From a virus (lineage: Duplodnaviria > Caudoviricetes), in the IMG/VR virus record IMGVR_UViG_3300008259_002461: 64,000 nt of DNA. One strand, given 5' to 3'. Under the pieces are notes generated by a model, which ran no database searches, was not told where the DNA came from, and saw nothing but the letters and a program-made list of their open reading frames with translations. The position numbers were made by a program, and so were the translations under genes. Positions 22,901 to 30,769 of the stretch are shown piece by piece; the first letter of the stretch is position 1, and every line of letters starts with the position of its first letter.

Positions 22901-23264
22901 ATTCTAAGTTTGCGTTTGAGCTATTGGTGCTAATAACATTGCCTTCAATGTCGATTGAATCAACACGAAGTTTGTTATTGTAAATGATGTTGTCAAATGT
23001 ACCTAATCTTAGATACTGTTGATCAGTACTAATAGTATTGCCTTCAATATTGACATCTGCGATGTCTGCTCTATTGTCAACTATTAGTGTTGTTGTTTTT
23101 GTTGTACCGTTTATTTGTAGTTCGTGCGTAGGAGCTACGGTTTTGATGCCGATGCGTTGATTAACAACATCAAGATATAGTAGATCTGTCTCAAAGGCAA
23201 TATTAATCCCGTTTCTAACGAGATTTTCCTTTAAGAGTGGACCCGAAATACGACCAATCGCCAT
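16938..23264 (-). CDS. Giant modular fibre protein (2108 aa): beta-helix with an inserted 7-blade FG-GAP propeller and a LamG/ConA-like domain, then DLELRANGTG shaft repeats
   Basis: Seven ~57-aa FGxxVAISGNYAIVGA..ED..SGKAYIF repeats; FTIDGW..WNHLAISR..GYIDDLRI LamG motifs; GAGGAG SD. Confidence 0.85.
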   Translation of the reverse strand: MAIGRISGPLLKENLVRNGINIAFETDLLYLDVVNQRIGIKTVAPTHELQINGTTKTTTLIVDNRADIADVNIEGNTISTDQQYLRLGTFDNIIYNNKLRVDSIDIEGNVISTNSSNANLELRPNGTGEVHVYANMNVTGNIHATGNISADGTVTIGDADTDNVVFNAEVASDIIPDVNVTYDLGTTSKRWQDVYVNNLVASTINSTDLSVAGIDLVLRQGNIYYVAENGNNASPGDHPQAPFASVKHALSVATTGDTVHIYPGVYTEIFPLTIPVGVTVKGQGLRSVKIVPTVGTQFNDAFLLNGETTVEDITIADFYSSSTAEITLSSVINNPTPFGTSLNDFFGYPVAVSGNYVIVGALQEDDAGGTESGKAYIFNATTGALVHTLNNPNAYSTSGADTFGGAVAISNNYAIVGANAEDDAGGGGSGKAYIFNVATGALVHTLNNPNAYSTSAGDGFGFSVSISDNFAIVGAYAEDQIGGADSGKAYIFNVTTGALVHTLDNPNAYSTSASDAFGIAVGISGNYAIVTAWLEDDANGGNSGKAYIYNVTTGALLFTLNNPNPFSSSAGDLFGRNVAISGNYAIVGAYQEDDAGGTGGDSGKAYIFNVTTGALVHTLNNPNAFGTSASDFFGWSVAISGNYAIVGAYGEDDAGGGGSGKAYIFSTISGQLIQTINNPNAFGTSAGDFFAASVAISGNYAVVSAYLEDDAGGTESGKTYIYNLTGAVETGFAFKYAPGFTVTSRSPYIKNISVITKGSVTTLEDPRGFNAGNAGRGAYLDGAVANILSNEAACLFHSCTFITPGVDAIVMTNGVRVEWLNSFTYFANRGLYAVDGVSGLKGQGETAIRVDGLAGSITTGQTISYYDSDGVTLLGSAAIASIDGTGKIFIDGKQLGFETAAERGGKTIAANGDAKLSTAVKKFGTSSLALDGTGDYASIQSTIDFGFGTGDFTIDGWFYKTASLSQILIDTRTTSTQNSIMVQSNSANNLRLFVNGVFVLTSSNTHTLNAWNHLAISRVSGVTRFFINGVVSTNTYVDTTDYGTTKPLVLGASFVGLTSFSGYIDDLRIIKGVGLYTTTFTAPTTRALVTADTVLMARFDGANNSTTFEDDVVYAQDIRFSGGATAQYITLTDFTDFGAEVRLIGSASVYGNFGLVGDGPGVLMYAIGQNLAYIGNGKEVTNDPITVIQDNEVVETNGAKIRYNSVDHKGDFRVGDLFYVNQDTGTVELTVSNFNVSESGVTFTDGSNITFIDGTRIDTGNLRISGNTVESLSGNVNIVAASNEINLNNNVTITGNLDVTGNVSIGGNITIGDAPTDTIQFIAGIDSDIIPAQDSVYSLGTAALRWSNIFVNNVTVDNISISNNYITTTVSNTDLELRANGTGVILVPNNNVLINNELTVIGESTLGDVDVTGILTVNGNTTQTGNYDIIGDVTINGSLSIAEYAQFEEIRIDNNFITTTTSNTDLELRANGTGVILVPNNNVQITNDLTVVADINANNLTTTGTITANQFSTGNILIDNNIITTTLSNSDLELRANGTGNVVMPTNDVVLGQDLTVNGDTDLDDTTIQGTLVHTGNVTQVGNISLTGDYSISGTVTISASAQFENIQINNNVITTTDSNSDLELRAAGTGEVIVPNNDVVISNDLFVDGTITVGDINSAGTITANRFSTGDILIDDNFIITTTPNSDLELRANGTGEVVVPSNNVIIEQNLTVNGNTDLEDITIIGTITHTGAVTQTGNINITGNFATTGTVTVSASAQFENIQISGNVITTTDSNSNLELRANGTGIISIPNNDVVISNDLTVIGTITTGNITSTGTITANNFTTGDILIDDNFITTTTSNSNLELRANGTGSIVIDDFSINNATISSVSNFTIAPAGGSVIIDSTGAIKLPAGTILQRPAAVAGQIRFNSELARFEGYNGTNWIQLHGVVDVDGDTKVTAELTEGANDNTIRFIVQNNTIVDINTIRLNAPQVVVDAIQVDGNVISTITPNTDLVLSANGTGRVRFENFAFQDNRITNTVSGSNTILQTTGTGYFEFTDPYGVVLPVGDNSTRPSGVTGMVRYNTSDKRVELYDGTTWVSVAGASGGISFADAEGIAIEKVLIFG
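17700..19150 (-). repeat. Higher-order shaft repeat with alternating 273/198-nt periods (471-nt unit x3)
   Basis: LELRANGTG anchors at 19129, 18856, 18658, 18385, 18187, 17914 and 17716; exact 53-nt duplicate at 18820..18872 and 19093..19145. Confidence 0.9.
21090..22275 (-). repeat. Seven tandem FG-GAP (integrin alpha-like) blade repeats of about 171 nt
   Basis: 21394..21464 and 21742..21812 match at 70 of 71 nt; ATATAGGCTTTGCCTGA recurs at blade spacing. Confidence 0.9.
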
Positions 23265-23370
23265 CTCTTCTCCTCACACGGGGATCCTGTCCCTCTAGCC
23301 TAATTTACAGCTTGCGCTCTTTGCTGGCTAACCACAGTATATCCTGCAATGTGCGGTCTCACATTACATT
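23265..23370 (-). ncRNA. Candidate structured 5' leader (cis-regulatory RNA) of the 2108-aa fibre gene
   Basis: ORF-free leader after a late promoter; 9-bp hairpin at 23345-23368; nested stems GGAT/ATCC, CTGT/ACAG and TAGCC/GGCTA; AGC-GCAA-GCT tetraloop. Confidence 0.5.
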
Positions 23371-23375
23371 ATCAA

Positions 23376-23382
23376 TATTTAT
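23376..23382 (-). promoter_or_regulatory. T4-like late promoter ATAAATA
   Basis: Intergenic; matches the motif found upstream of most structural operons in this window. Confidence 0.7.
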
Positions 23383-23405
23383 CCGTTTAGTAAAATATAT
23401 TGTTA

Positions 23406-26400
23406 TTAGCCGTATATTAGAGTTTGGATGAACGCTTCGTCTTCCATCTGAGCAACACTGATAGAGTCAAACTGACCCGCACTAGATCGCCACTGATCAC
23501 CTATCCAGGTTTCAAGTGTGTCTGAATCAATATTATGTCGTGTTTGCCCTAGAACCGGGCTTGCAGGTCTAGACCCAGTATCTCCAGAAGGAAATTTAAC
23601 GGCTGTGTTCCCTTCAAACACTATCCACTGCTGTCCTGTTCCGCCTAGTCGAGAAGCAGAATTAAGTGTAGTAGGAACAATAATATTGCTCTTAATAGTA
23701 AACGCTTCGACAAGTAATTCGCCTGAGCCGTCTGCTCGTAATTCTAAATCAGAATTCGATGCGTTTGTAAAAATTGCATTATTATCAAATACTATGTCGT
23801 CAACATCTAATCTATGAGTAATTAATCCGTTAACAGTTACTTGGGCCAGCTGTACTGTATTAATTGTTAAATTTAAAGTATTATTAGTAGGATGTGCTAC
23901 TAGGTTAGTTCTGCGATCGCTAGAGTAAACACCGTTAAATGTTATAGTGTTAGACAGACCGCGAGCTTCAAATACATTATTAGAAGTATCAAATCTTAAA
24001 TCCCCTACGGTGTTTGATTGTTGTAGTGTAGTACCACTTGGTAACTTAACTGCTCCTGTAGAATTAATTGTAATATTTTCTGTTGGTGCAAATGTTATAT
24101 TTCCGCTTCTAGTTCCTAGTCTATCCGTATTTACAAATACATTTTCTAACAGTACATCACCTGCACTATTAGCACGTAATTCTAAGTTTGAGTTTGTATT
24201 AGTAGTAGTAATAACATTATCAAAAATTTGTATGTCGGTGCTACTTTCTAATGCTTCAAGAGCAAAAGTATTATTGATTGTTAAATTGCTAGTTACTATA
24301 CTTTGAGCAGTTAGATCCTGTGCAATAAGCAGACTATCATCAAATACAATATCTCCAATGCCGCTGGCACTTAGTATTAAATTTTCGTTTATGTTAGTGG
24401 TTGCAATAAAGTTATCAACAAGTTTTATTGCTTCTAGTTGTACATCGCTTTGAGTTGAAAACTGCCCAACTATTAAATTTCCTGTTTGAGAATAATTACC
24501 TGTTTGAGTTCTATTACCTGTGTGATTTACAGTCCCGTTAATAATAATATTTTTTAAATTAGTAGTGCCGTTAACTGTTAGATCTTGATCAAATATAACA
24601 TCGTTGGTTGGCAATGCAACATCACCTGTTGCACGTAGTTCTAAATCTGAATTAGAAATTGTTGTTGTGATATAATTGTCGTTGATTTGTATGTTATTAG
24701 TTCTAACAATAATATCATCTAAGTCAATGTCTTGATCAATTATAATATCACCAGTAGTTATAGTTGCAGCAAATAAATTATTTGTTACTCTAACGTTATT
24801 ATTAGGTACTAGTACTTTTCCAGTTCCACTCGCTCGTAAGTCTAAATCATTATTACCTACTGTAGGTGTAATAACATTGTCGTCTACTGATATGTCAGAA
24901 AATTGTACTGCACTGTTAACAAACATATTTCCGCTTTGTACTAAATTACCTGTTTGAGCGTAGTTTCCTAGTTGTGTTCTTAATCCTAACTGATCTAGTG
25001 TACCTATTACTGTGACATTTTGTAAACTTGTAATGCCGTCTACTGTTAAATCTTGTTCAAAAATAACATCACTATTTGGCAATGTTATATCGCCCGAGAC
25101 AATAATATATGTAAATTTAAAATTGGTAATTCCAGAATCAACTGTTGGGCCACCAAATGCCCAAGTACCGGTCATTCTATATACGCCACTGCCTTGACTT
25201 ACCCAACCGCTAGTGGAAGTAAAATTTATTAAATTACCGTATCCAGCAGGGTCTAGCTGTAATATTGAACCGCTAGAAACTGTTAGTAGATTATTAAATG
25301 CACTAGTGTTTGTCCATGCTGATAATGTTATTTCCAAATAGCTACCGGTAGCCCAGTAATATATTCCCCATGGATCGCCGCCAGTTGGAAATACTGCAAA
25401 ATCAGTATTGAACCCTGAGCCATTTGCCCAATACGTAATACTACTACTGTTTATAGCACTAATTACTAGGTCTAAGTTACCGTTGTTGGTTGTGATATAG
25501 TTTTGTGAAATATCAATGTTAGCTACGTCAGCTTTATTAAATTCTACAACATTGGTTATTGCTATGGTACTGGTATTATAGATATTATCAGCACTTAAAC
25601 TATTACTTACTAGTACATCGCTAGTAGGAACTAAAATTATTCCAGTAGGTTCTGCACGTAATTCTAAGTTTGCATTTGATGAAGTAGTTGTGATAACGTT
25701 GTCGTCAACTAAAATTTCTTCAAACTGTACTGCCTCAGTTACTGACAAAAATCCGTCTACTGTTTGAGACTGTACACTTACATCACCTACAATATTTACA
25801 ACACCGTTTAAATTTAAATTTGCTACACTGACATTATTGTCTAAAGATGAATTACCTACAACTGTTAAGTCATTACTAAATGATACATTGTTACTAGGAA
25901 TTAAAATACGCCCAGATCCGTTTGCACGTAGTTCTAGATCTGAGTTAGAGTCTTGTGTTTGTATTACATTGTCAAAAATTCTAATACTATTAATATTAGC
26001 TTCAGATAACCAAACATTTAACCATTGGTTGCTTATTGAACCTAAATTATATTGTGTATCTATATTAGGATTAAAGTTTTGTTCAATGTCTATATTAAAA
26101 TCTACAGTATCAGTATAAGCATTACCAAATAAATTTAATGAGCCGTCAAAATTAAAATTACCAGTCATTGCTAAATTTTTAGCAACATTTACATCAGAAT
26201 TGAAATTAATATTTTCACTTGCACTGTCAATATTAAATTCTCCAGATAAACTTTCAACAGTGTTTCCAGAAATCCTAATGTTTCCTGTATCTATTTTGTC
26301 GTAAGTAATAAAAGTAAAATTAGGATCGGTTCCTATTTTCATTTGAGCAAGATTATCAAATGTTACAGAACTAGTGTCAATACTAGTAGTACCGTTTTCA

Positions 26401-28532
26401 AAATCTACATAAAATGTAGTTCCAACTCTAAAGTTACCTAGATGATCCGTAGAACTATAATAAATTCGACCTGAATTTAATTCAACTGCTTCGTTAGCTT
26501 GTATTGCTAGTGTCTTATCGTTTGAAGAATTTAAACCACTGCCAATATATCCAAAATTATGCTGTATTAGATACATCAATGTATCTGCACCGTCAGCTAC
26601 TGCGCCATAGTTTCCATAGACTGATGCTGATCCAATGCTTCGAATTTCTGCTCCATAAATTACTGTACTACCGTCTTGACTTATTCTTCCAGTTGCTCCA
26701 TCTACTGCGTACAATCCTCTATTGGCAAAATACGTAAAACTGTTTAGCCATTCAACCCTAACACCATTGGTCATTGTTATTGCATCTGCATTTGGTGTTA
26801 TGAAAGTACAACTATGAAACAACATCGAAGCTTCAATACTTGCTGGATCCATTTCGCTACCATCAATCCAGGCCCCGCAGCCTGCTAATAAAGTAGTACT
26901 AGTAGTTGGAGATGAAAAGATTGGAATACCAGTTCCGCCAACTAAAAAGGTAGTAACATAGATTCTCCACTGATTAGTATTAACTGGATCTTCAATAATA
27001 TAATCAACTATGTATATTGTGCCGGCAACATTTATTGTCCAACCAGGTTGTACTGTAGTTTCAAAATTAGCTGGTAAATTAGTTTTAAAATATGCTACCC
27101 ATTTTTCACCAACTGAACTTCCGCTTGTATCCCAAATATCGTTTGTGATAATTAAAGTGGGATCAATAGTTGAATAAAAACTAATGGGTTTTATTTGACC
27201 AGTTGGATCAAAAGTTGTATCAACAGTCATTCGCCATTGAGTTGGGTCCGATGGCTCTGTAACAATTGATATAACTGTATAAAATAAAGGAGAATTAGGA
27301 TATCTATCAATGACTGCTGTTTGTCCTACTAACAAATCTACAAGAGCTTGGCTATAAAATGTTTTAGACAGTGTTACACTATTACTAGTTAAGGAAACAC
27401 CAGTAGGTGCTGGGCCAACAGTTATTTGTCTAGGCGTTACAAGTTCAGTATTAGTAATAACCGAAACATCTTGTACGTACGGACTTCTTGAAGAAAATAT
27501 TGCGTTAGGAGCAAATCTAAAAGCATATCCTGTGTTGTTTATATTGTCGTAATAAAAATCTTTTATTGTTAAATGCTGTACAGTTGTTTCTCCATTAAGA
27601 TGAAATACATCTTCAGTTTCGTATCCGGTTGCTGGCACTACTGTAACACTACGTATTCCTTCTCCAATAATAGAAACATTTGAAGGTACTACTAAAGGCA
27701 ACTGTTCCTGATACTCTCCAGGATAAACAAATATAGAAACAGGACCACCGTTGCTTGCATCAGCTGCATCTAGTGCTCTGCGAATTGTTGCGAAAGGACC
27801 TTGTGGATGATCTCCTGCATTAGTATCATCTCCATTTACTGCTACATAAAAAATATTACCTGAGCGCAATGCAAGGTCAATACCGCCGCCTGAGATTGAC
27901 GATGTTGTAACTACTTCACCATTAACTAAATCTGTATATAGCTGTCGCCATTTTTTAGATGGGGATCCTAGATCATATGTTAACGTCTGATCTGGAACAA
28001 TGTTGCTGCTAACATCAGTATTAAAATTAACAGTATCTTCTACGATGTTATTACCAAATGTTATTGTACCGCCTAGAGTAATGGTTCCAGGAGTTGTTAA
28101 ATTTCCAAAAATTCTTAGACTGTCAGTTTCTACAGTACCTGTTCCATTAGGAATTAAATCTATATTAGCGTTAGAACGTATAGTGTTTATTCTATTGTCA
28201 GAAATAGTAAACTCTGATGTTTCTAAATTTGATAAGACGATAGCATCAGCAGCATCTAAATTGATATTGCCAACTACAGCATTTATTTCATTGTCTTCTA
28301 TTCTTAAATTAGGAAGTATTAAATCATCAGCAATAAGATTTACGGTTCTAGTAGTACCAAAAATTTCTAATTCGTAGGAAGGATTATTAAGATTAATACC
28401 AATACGACGATTATTAACGTCTACATAGAGTAGCTGAGTCGTGGATGTATTATTACGAAAAGCGATATCTACGCCATTACGTATTAAATTTTCTTCTAGT
28501 AGCGGGCCGCCAATTCTACCAATCTGTGTCAT
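23406..28532 (-). CDS. Giant modular fibre protein (1708 aa), paralogue of 16938..23264
   Basis: GRIGGPLLEENL start; shared GDHPQGPFA, SRSPY and NGVRVEWLNSFTYFANRGLYA motifs; DLELRA repeats. Confidence 0.85.
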   Translation of the reverse strand: MTQIGRIGGPLLEENLIRNGVDIAFRNNTSTTQLLYVDVNNRRIGINLNNPSYELEIFGTTRTVNLIADDLILPNLRIEDNEINAVVGNINLDAADAIVLSNLETSEFTISDNRINTIRSNANIDLIPNGTGTVETDSLRIFGNLTTPGTITLGGTITFGNNIVEDTVNFNTDVSSNIVPDQTLTYDLGSPSKKWRQLYTDLVNGEVVTTSSISGGGIDLALRSGNIFYVAVNGDDTNAGDHPQGPFATIRRALDAADASNGGPVSIFVYPGEYQEQLPLVVPSNVSIIGEGIRSVTVVPATGYETEDVFHLNGETTVQHLTIKDFYYDNINNTGYAFRFAPNAIFSSRSPYVQDVSVITNTELVTPRQITVGPAPTGVSLTSNSVTLSKTFYSQALVDLLVGQTAVIDRYPNSPLFYTVISIVTEPSDPTQWRMTVDTTFDPTGQIKPISFYSTIDPTLIITNDIWDTSGSSVGEKWVAYFKTNLPANFETTVQPGWTINVAGTIYIVDYIIEDPVNTNQWRIYVTTFLVGGTGIPIFSSPTTSTTLLAGCGAWIDGSEMDPASIEASMLFHSCTFITPNADAITMTNGVRVEWLNSFTYFANRGLYAVDGATGRISQDGSTVIYGAEIRSIGSASVYGNYGAVADGADTLMYLIQHNFGYIGSGLNSSNDKTLAIQANEAVELNSGRIYYSSTDHLGNFRVGTTFYVDFENGTTSIDTSSVTFDNLAQMKIGTDPNFTFITYDKIDTGNIRISGNTVESLSGEFNIDSASENINFNSDVNVAKNLAMTGNFNFDGSLNLFGNAYTDTVDFNIDIEQNFNPNIDTQYNLGSISNQWLNVWLSEANINSIRIFDNVIQTQDSNSDLELRANGSGRILIPSNNVSFSNDLTVVGNSSLDNNVSVANLNLNGVVNIVGDVSVQSQTVDGFLSVTEAVQFEEILVDDNVITTTSSNANLELRAEPTGIILVPTSDVLVSNSLSADNIYNTSTIAITNVVEFNKADVANIDISQNYITTNNGNLDLVISAINSSSITYWANGSGFNTDFAVFPTGGDPWGIYYWATGSYLEITLSAWTNTSAFNNLLTVSSGSILQLDPAGYGNLINFTSTSGWVSQGSGVYRMTGTWAFGGPTVDSGITNFKFTYIIVSGDITLPNSDVIFEQDLTVDGITSLQNVTVIGTLDQLGLRTQLGNYAQTGNLVQSGNMFVNSAVQFSDISVDDNVITPTVGNNDLDLRASGTGKVLVPNNNVRVTNNLFAATITTGDIIIDQDIDLDDIIVRTNNIQINDNYITTTISNSDLELRATGDVALPTNDVIFDQDLTVNGTTNLKNIIINGTVNHTGNRTQTGNYSQTGNLIVGQFSTQSDVQLEAIKLVDNFIATTNINENLILSASGIGDIVFDDSLLIAQDLTAQSIVTSNLTINNTFALEALESSTDIQIFDNVITTTNTNSNLELRANSAGDVLLENVFVNTDRLGTRSGNITFAPTENITINSTGAVKLPSGTTLQQSNTVGDLRFDTSNNVFEARGLSNTITFNGVYSSDRRTNLVAHPTNNTLNLTINTVQLAQVTVNGLITHRLDVDDIVFDNNAIFTNASNSDLELRADGSGELLVEAFTIKSNIIVPTTLNSASRLGGTGQQWIVFEGNTAVKFPSGDTGSRPASPVLGQTRHNIDSDTLETWIGDQWRSSAGQFDSISVAQMEDEAFIQTLIYG

Positions 28533-28550
28533 ATAATTCCCTCAACACAG

Positions 28551-28557
28551 TATTTAT
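28551..28557 (-). promoter_or_regulatory. Late promoter ATAAATA
   Basis: Intergenic, 19 nt upstream of the ATG at 28532. Confidence 0.7.
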
Positions 28558-28560
28558 TGG

Positions 28561-29085
28561 TTATTTGTCGAAGTTATGTAGTACAGTAATTGGTTTAGCA
28601 AGAGGTGGAGCAGATGTAAATTTAATGTACCATCCATCTGCATATGGTGAGTTAGGGCCTGTTAGGCTTCCTGATACACTTTGCTCAAGTGTGTAATTTG
28701 TTGTAGATATCTGAAAAACGTTTTCGATTAATACTAACACGTTTTGCGCTGCTGCTGGGATAGGAAAATCTGTATCGCCGCTGTTTAACGGTCCAAACAC
28801 AGTTTCAGTAGCATCGCCATTTCCTAAATTTTGCTGAGTTATTGTGCCTGGTTCTTTATAACGAAGTTCTCGCCAAGCACTGTTTTGATATACTTCAAAT
28901 TCGTTATCATCTATATTATAGCGCACATGTCCATTAATTGGACTTGCTGGTCGTTGCGCTTGTGTTCCTTTAGGAACTAGCACACAATTTGTACTGTCAA
29001 GAATAACTTGATCGTTTACATCGTACTTAACACCCTTACCCTTAATGTTTCGTAAGTTTGTATTTTGTGCTTTAAGTAATCTCAT
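28561..29085 (-). CDS. Virion/fibre-associated protein (174 aa)
   Basis: Carries the VPKGTQAQRP...GHVRYN...FEVY...W module shared with the fibre proteins. Confidence 0.75.
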   Translation of the reverse strand: MRLLKAQNTNLRNIKGKGVKYDVNDQVILDSTNCVLVPKGTQAQRPASPINGHVRYNIDDNEFEVYQNSAWRELRYKEPGTITQQNLGNGDATETVFGPLNSGDTDFPIPAAAQNVLVLIENVFQISTTNYTLEQSVSGSLTGPNSPYADGWYIKFTSAPPLAKPITVLHNFDK

Positions 29086-29441
29086 TATACTTCCAAATAA
29101 CTTATTGATGCTGCTAGATTAGTAAAATTTGATCCTAGATCAGGTTCTGCAACAAACGATAACTTATCGCCTGGACCTAGTACAACTTTTTCAGAATCAA
29201 ATGTAAATGTTTCGCCAGCCGGTAATTCAAGTTCTCTAACTACACAAGTGACACTATTGTTAAGTGCTTGTGAATTCTTAATAAAGTGCATGTCAAAACT
29301 TGCGCCGTTGGTAGCAGGTGAAGCACCGTTTGGACTGTATGTATTGCATACCATAATACTAGTAATAGCATAACTTTTACCTGCGGGCACGGTTAATACA
29401 TCAAGTTGTGTAGTTTTTAGTTGTGCATTTTCTATAGCCAT
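29085..29441 (-). CDS. Small (118 aa) beta-rich virion protein, adaptor-like family
   Basis: ITSIMVCN...LPAGETFTF...KVVL...SYLEV. Confidence 0.75.
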   Translation of the reverse strand: MAIENAQLKTTQLDVLTVPAGKSYAITSIMVCNTYSPNGASPATNGASFDMHFIKNSQALNNSVTCVVRELELPAGETFTFDSEKVVLGPGDKLSFVAEPDLGSNFTNLAASISYLEV

Positions 29442-29451
29442 TTTTTTATCC

Positions 29452-30729
29452 TTAGAAGAGCATGCTCAATAATAATGCTCTATTTTTACTTATAAATTCT
29501 CCGCTGGTGTTACTTCTATTAACGAAATATAAACCAGTATCTCCAACACCTTCTTGCTTACTGTAGACTTTAATGCCTTCTAAAGGTGAACTTGGATCTA
29601 AGCTACCATCATCATCAGTTGGAGTTTCAGAAATTGCTAGTACGTCTTTTATTAAAACGTTACCTGTTCCTGGTGCTCCTAATATCAAATTAGTATTACT
29701 TTCAGTTGTTGATATTTCTGTTCCATTAACTTTAATACCGTATAGTTCAATTCTATTTTGATAAAAATTAGCAATTTCACTATTTTCAACAGTAACTGAA
29801 ATTTTACTGTTATCACTAATTGCTCGACCAGAACTTGCTATATATTTTGTTATGTCACCGCCGGTCGTGCTGCGATTAAATTCGATAGTATTATCAGTTG
29901 GAGTATCTGTAACTGTCCAAGTTCCGTTAATACCGTTTATTATTGCATCTACTGGACTTGTTGTAACTCCAATAATTGTTATGCTATCACCTATTTGATA
30001 TCCGTGAGTATTTGTTGTTCTAATAATAGTTCTAGAGCCAACTTCAATAATAGCCCCAATTGTATTATTTTTATCAATCACGCTAACAGAACTGTTATCT
30101 TGACTAATAACGCTAACACCAATGTTAACAAATGAGAAATCAACAAAGTCAGAAACAGCTTTTGCATTTGGTATTGCATCGTCATTGACAATAACAGATC
30201 CAGTTACTGGATCCGGAGTAATTATTCCAGCATCATATCTAAAAACTTTTTCTTCGTAATTAACACTACCTTGTACAGTGATAACACCATTCCCTACACT
30301 AACAAATAAATTCCCGCCTGCAACTATTCCAGGAGTTGCTATAGGTAAACGTTGTGTGCCTTGTTCTGCCAACCACGTACCAATACCATTAACTTCACCG
30401 CCAAGGCTCCACGTTATGCTGTCATCGTATACCCATCTTGCATTTACAAATGCACCCCTTTCAATTTCAATTCCACTTGAATAAGGTCTATCAAGGCTTG
30501 CTGGTAATCCATCTGCTGTATTACTTGCGCTTAGTATAAGGATGTTATCGTCAACTTTTACTATAGTTGAATTTACAGTAGTGGTATCACCTTTAACTTC
30601 TAAATCACCAGTGATAAGAACTTTACCAGTGCCGTTATTTTTTCCGTTAGTAGTGTCGAGGGTAATTGTGTTACCCTCTCCTACTATAAGTTTATAATCA
30701 CTAGTTGGTATACGAAGTACTCTTGCCAT
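29452..30729 (-). CDS. Fibre/neck-associated structural protein (425 aa)
   Basis: GDLEVKGDTTTVNST..V.DNILIL...SGIEIERG fibre-like motif; TAAGGA SD. Confidence 0.7.
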   Translation of the reverse strand: MARVLRIPTSDYKLIVGEGNTITLDTTNGKNNGTGKVLITGDLEVKGDTTTVNSTIVKVDDNILILSASNTADGLPASLDRPYSSGIEIERGAFVNARWVYDDSITWSLGGEVNGIGTWLAEQGTQRLPIATPGIVAGGNLFVSVGNGVITVQGSVNYEEKVFRYDAGIITPDPVTGSVIVNDDAIPNAKAVSDFVDFSFVNIGVSVISQDNSSVSVIDKNNTIGAIIEVGSRTIIRTTNTHGYQIGDSITIIGVTTSPVDAIINGINGTWTVTDTPTDNTIEFNRSTTGGDITKYIASSGRAISDNSKISVTVENSEIANFYQNRIELYGIKVNGTEISTTESNTNLILGAPGTGNVLIKDVLAISETPTDDDGSLDPSSPLEGIKVYSKQEGVGDTGLYFVNRSNTSGEFISKNRALLLSMLF

Positions 30730-30769
30730 TTTATATCCTTAGATAAGGAACTACAGTTCCTTATAATTT

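Noticed and set aside
23237-23431. 64-aa plus-strand ORF across the structured leader
   Set aside because: Antisense to both flanking genes, overlaps both, and has no SD.
4116-28696. Many 60-157 aa opposite-strand ORFs inside the giant fibre genes
   Set aside because: Shadow ORFs expected from stop-poor antisense frames of Thr/Val/Asn-rich genes; no SDs or recognisable motifs.
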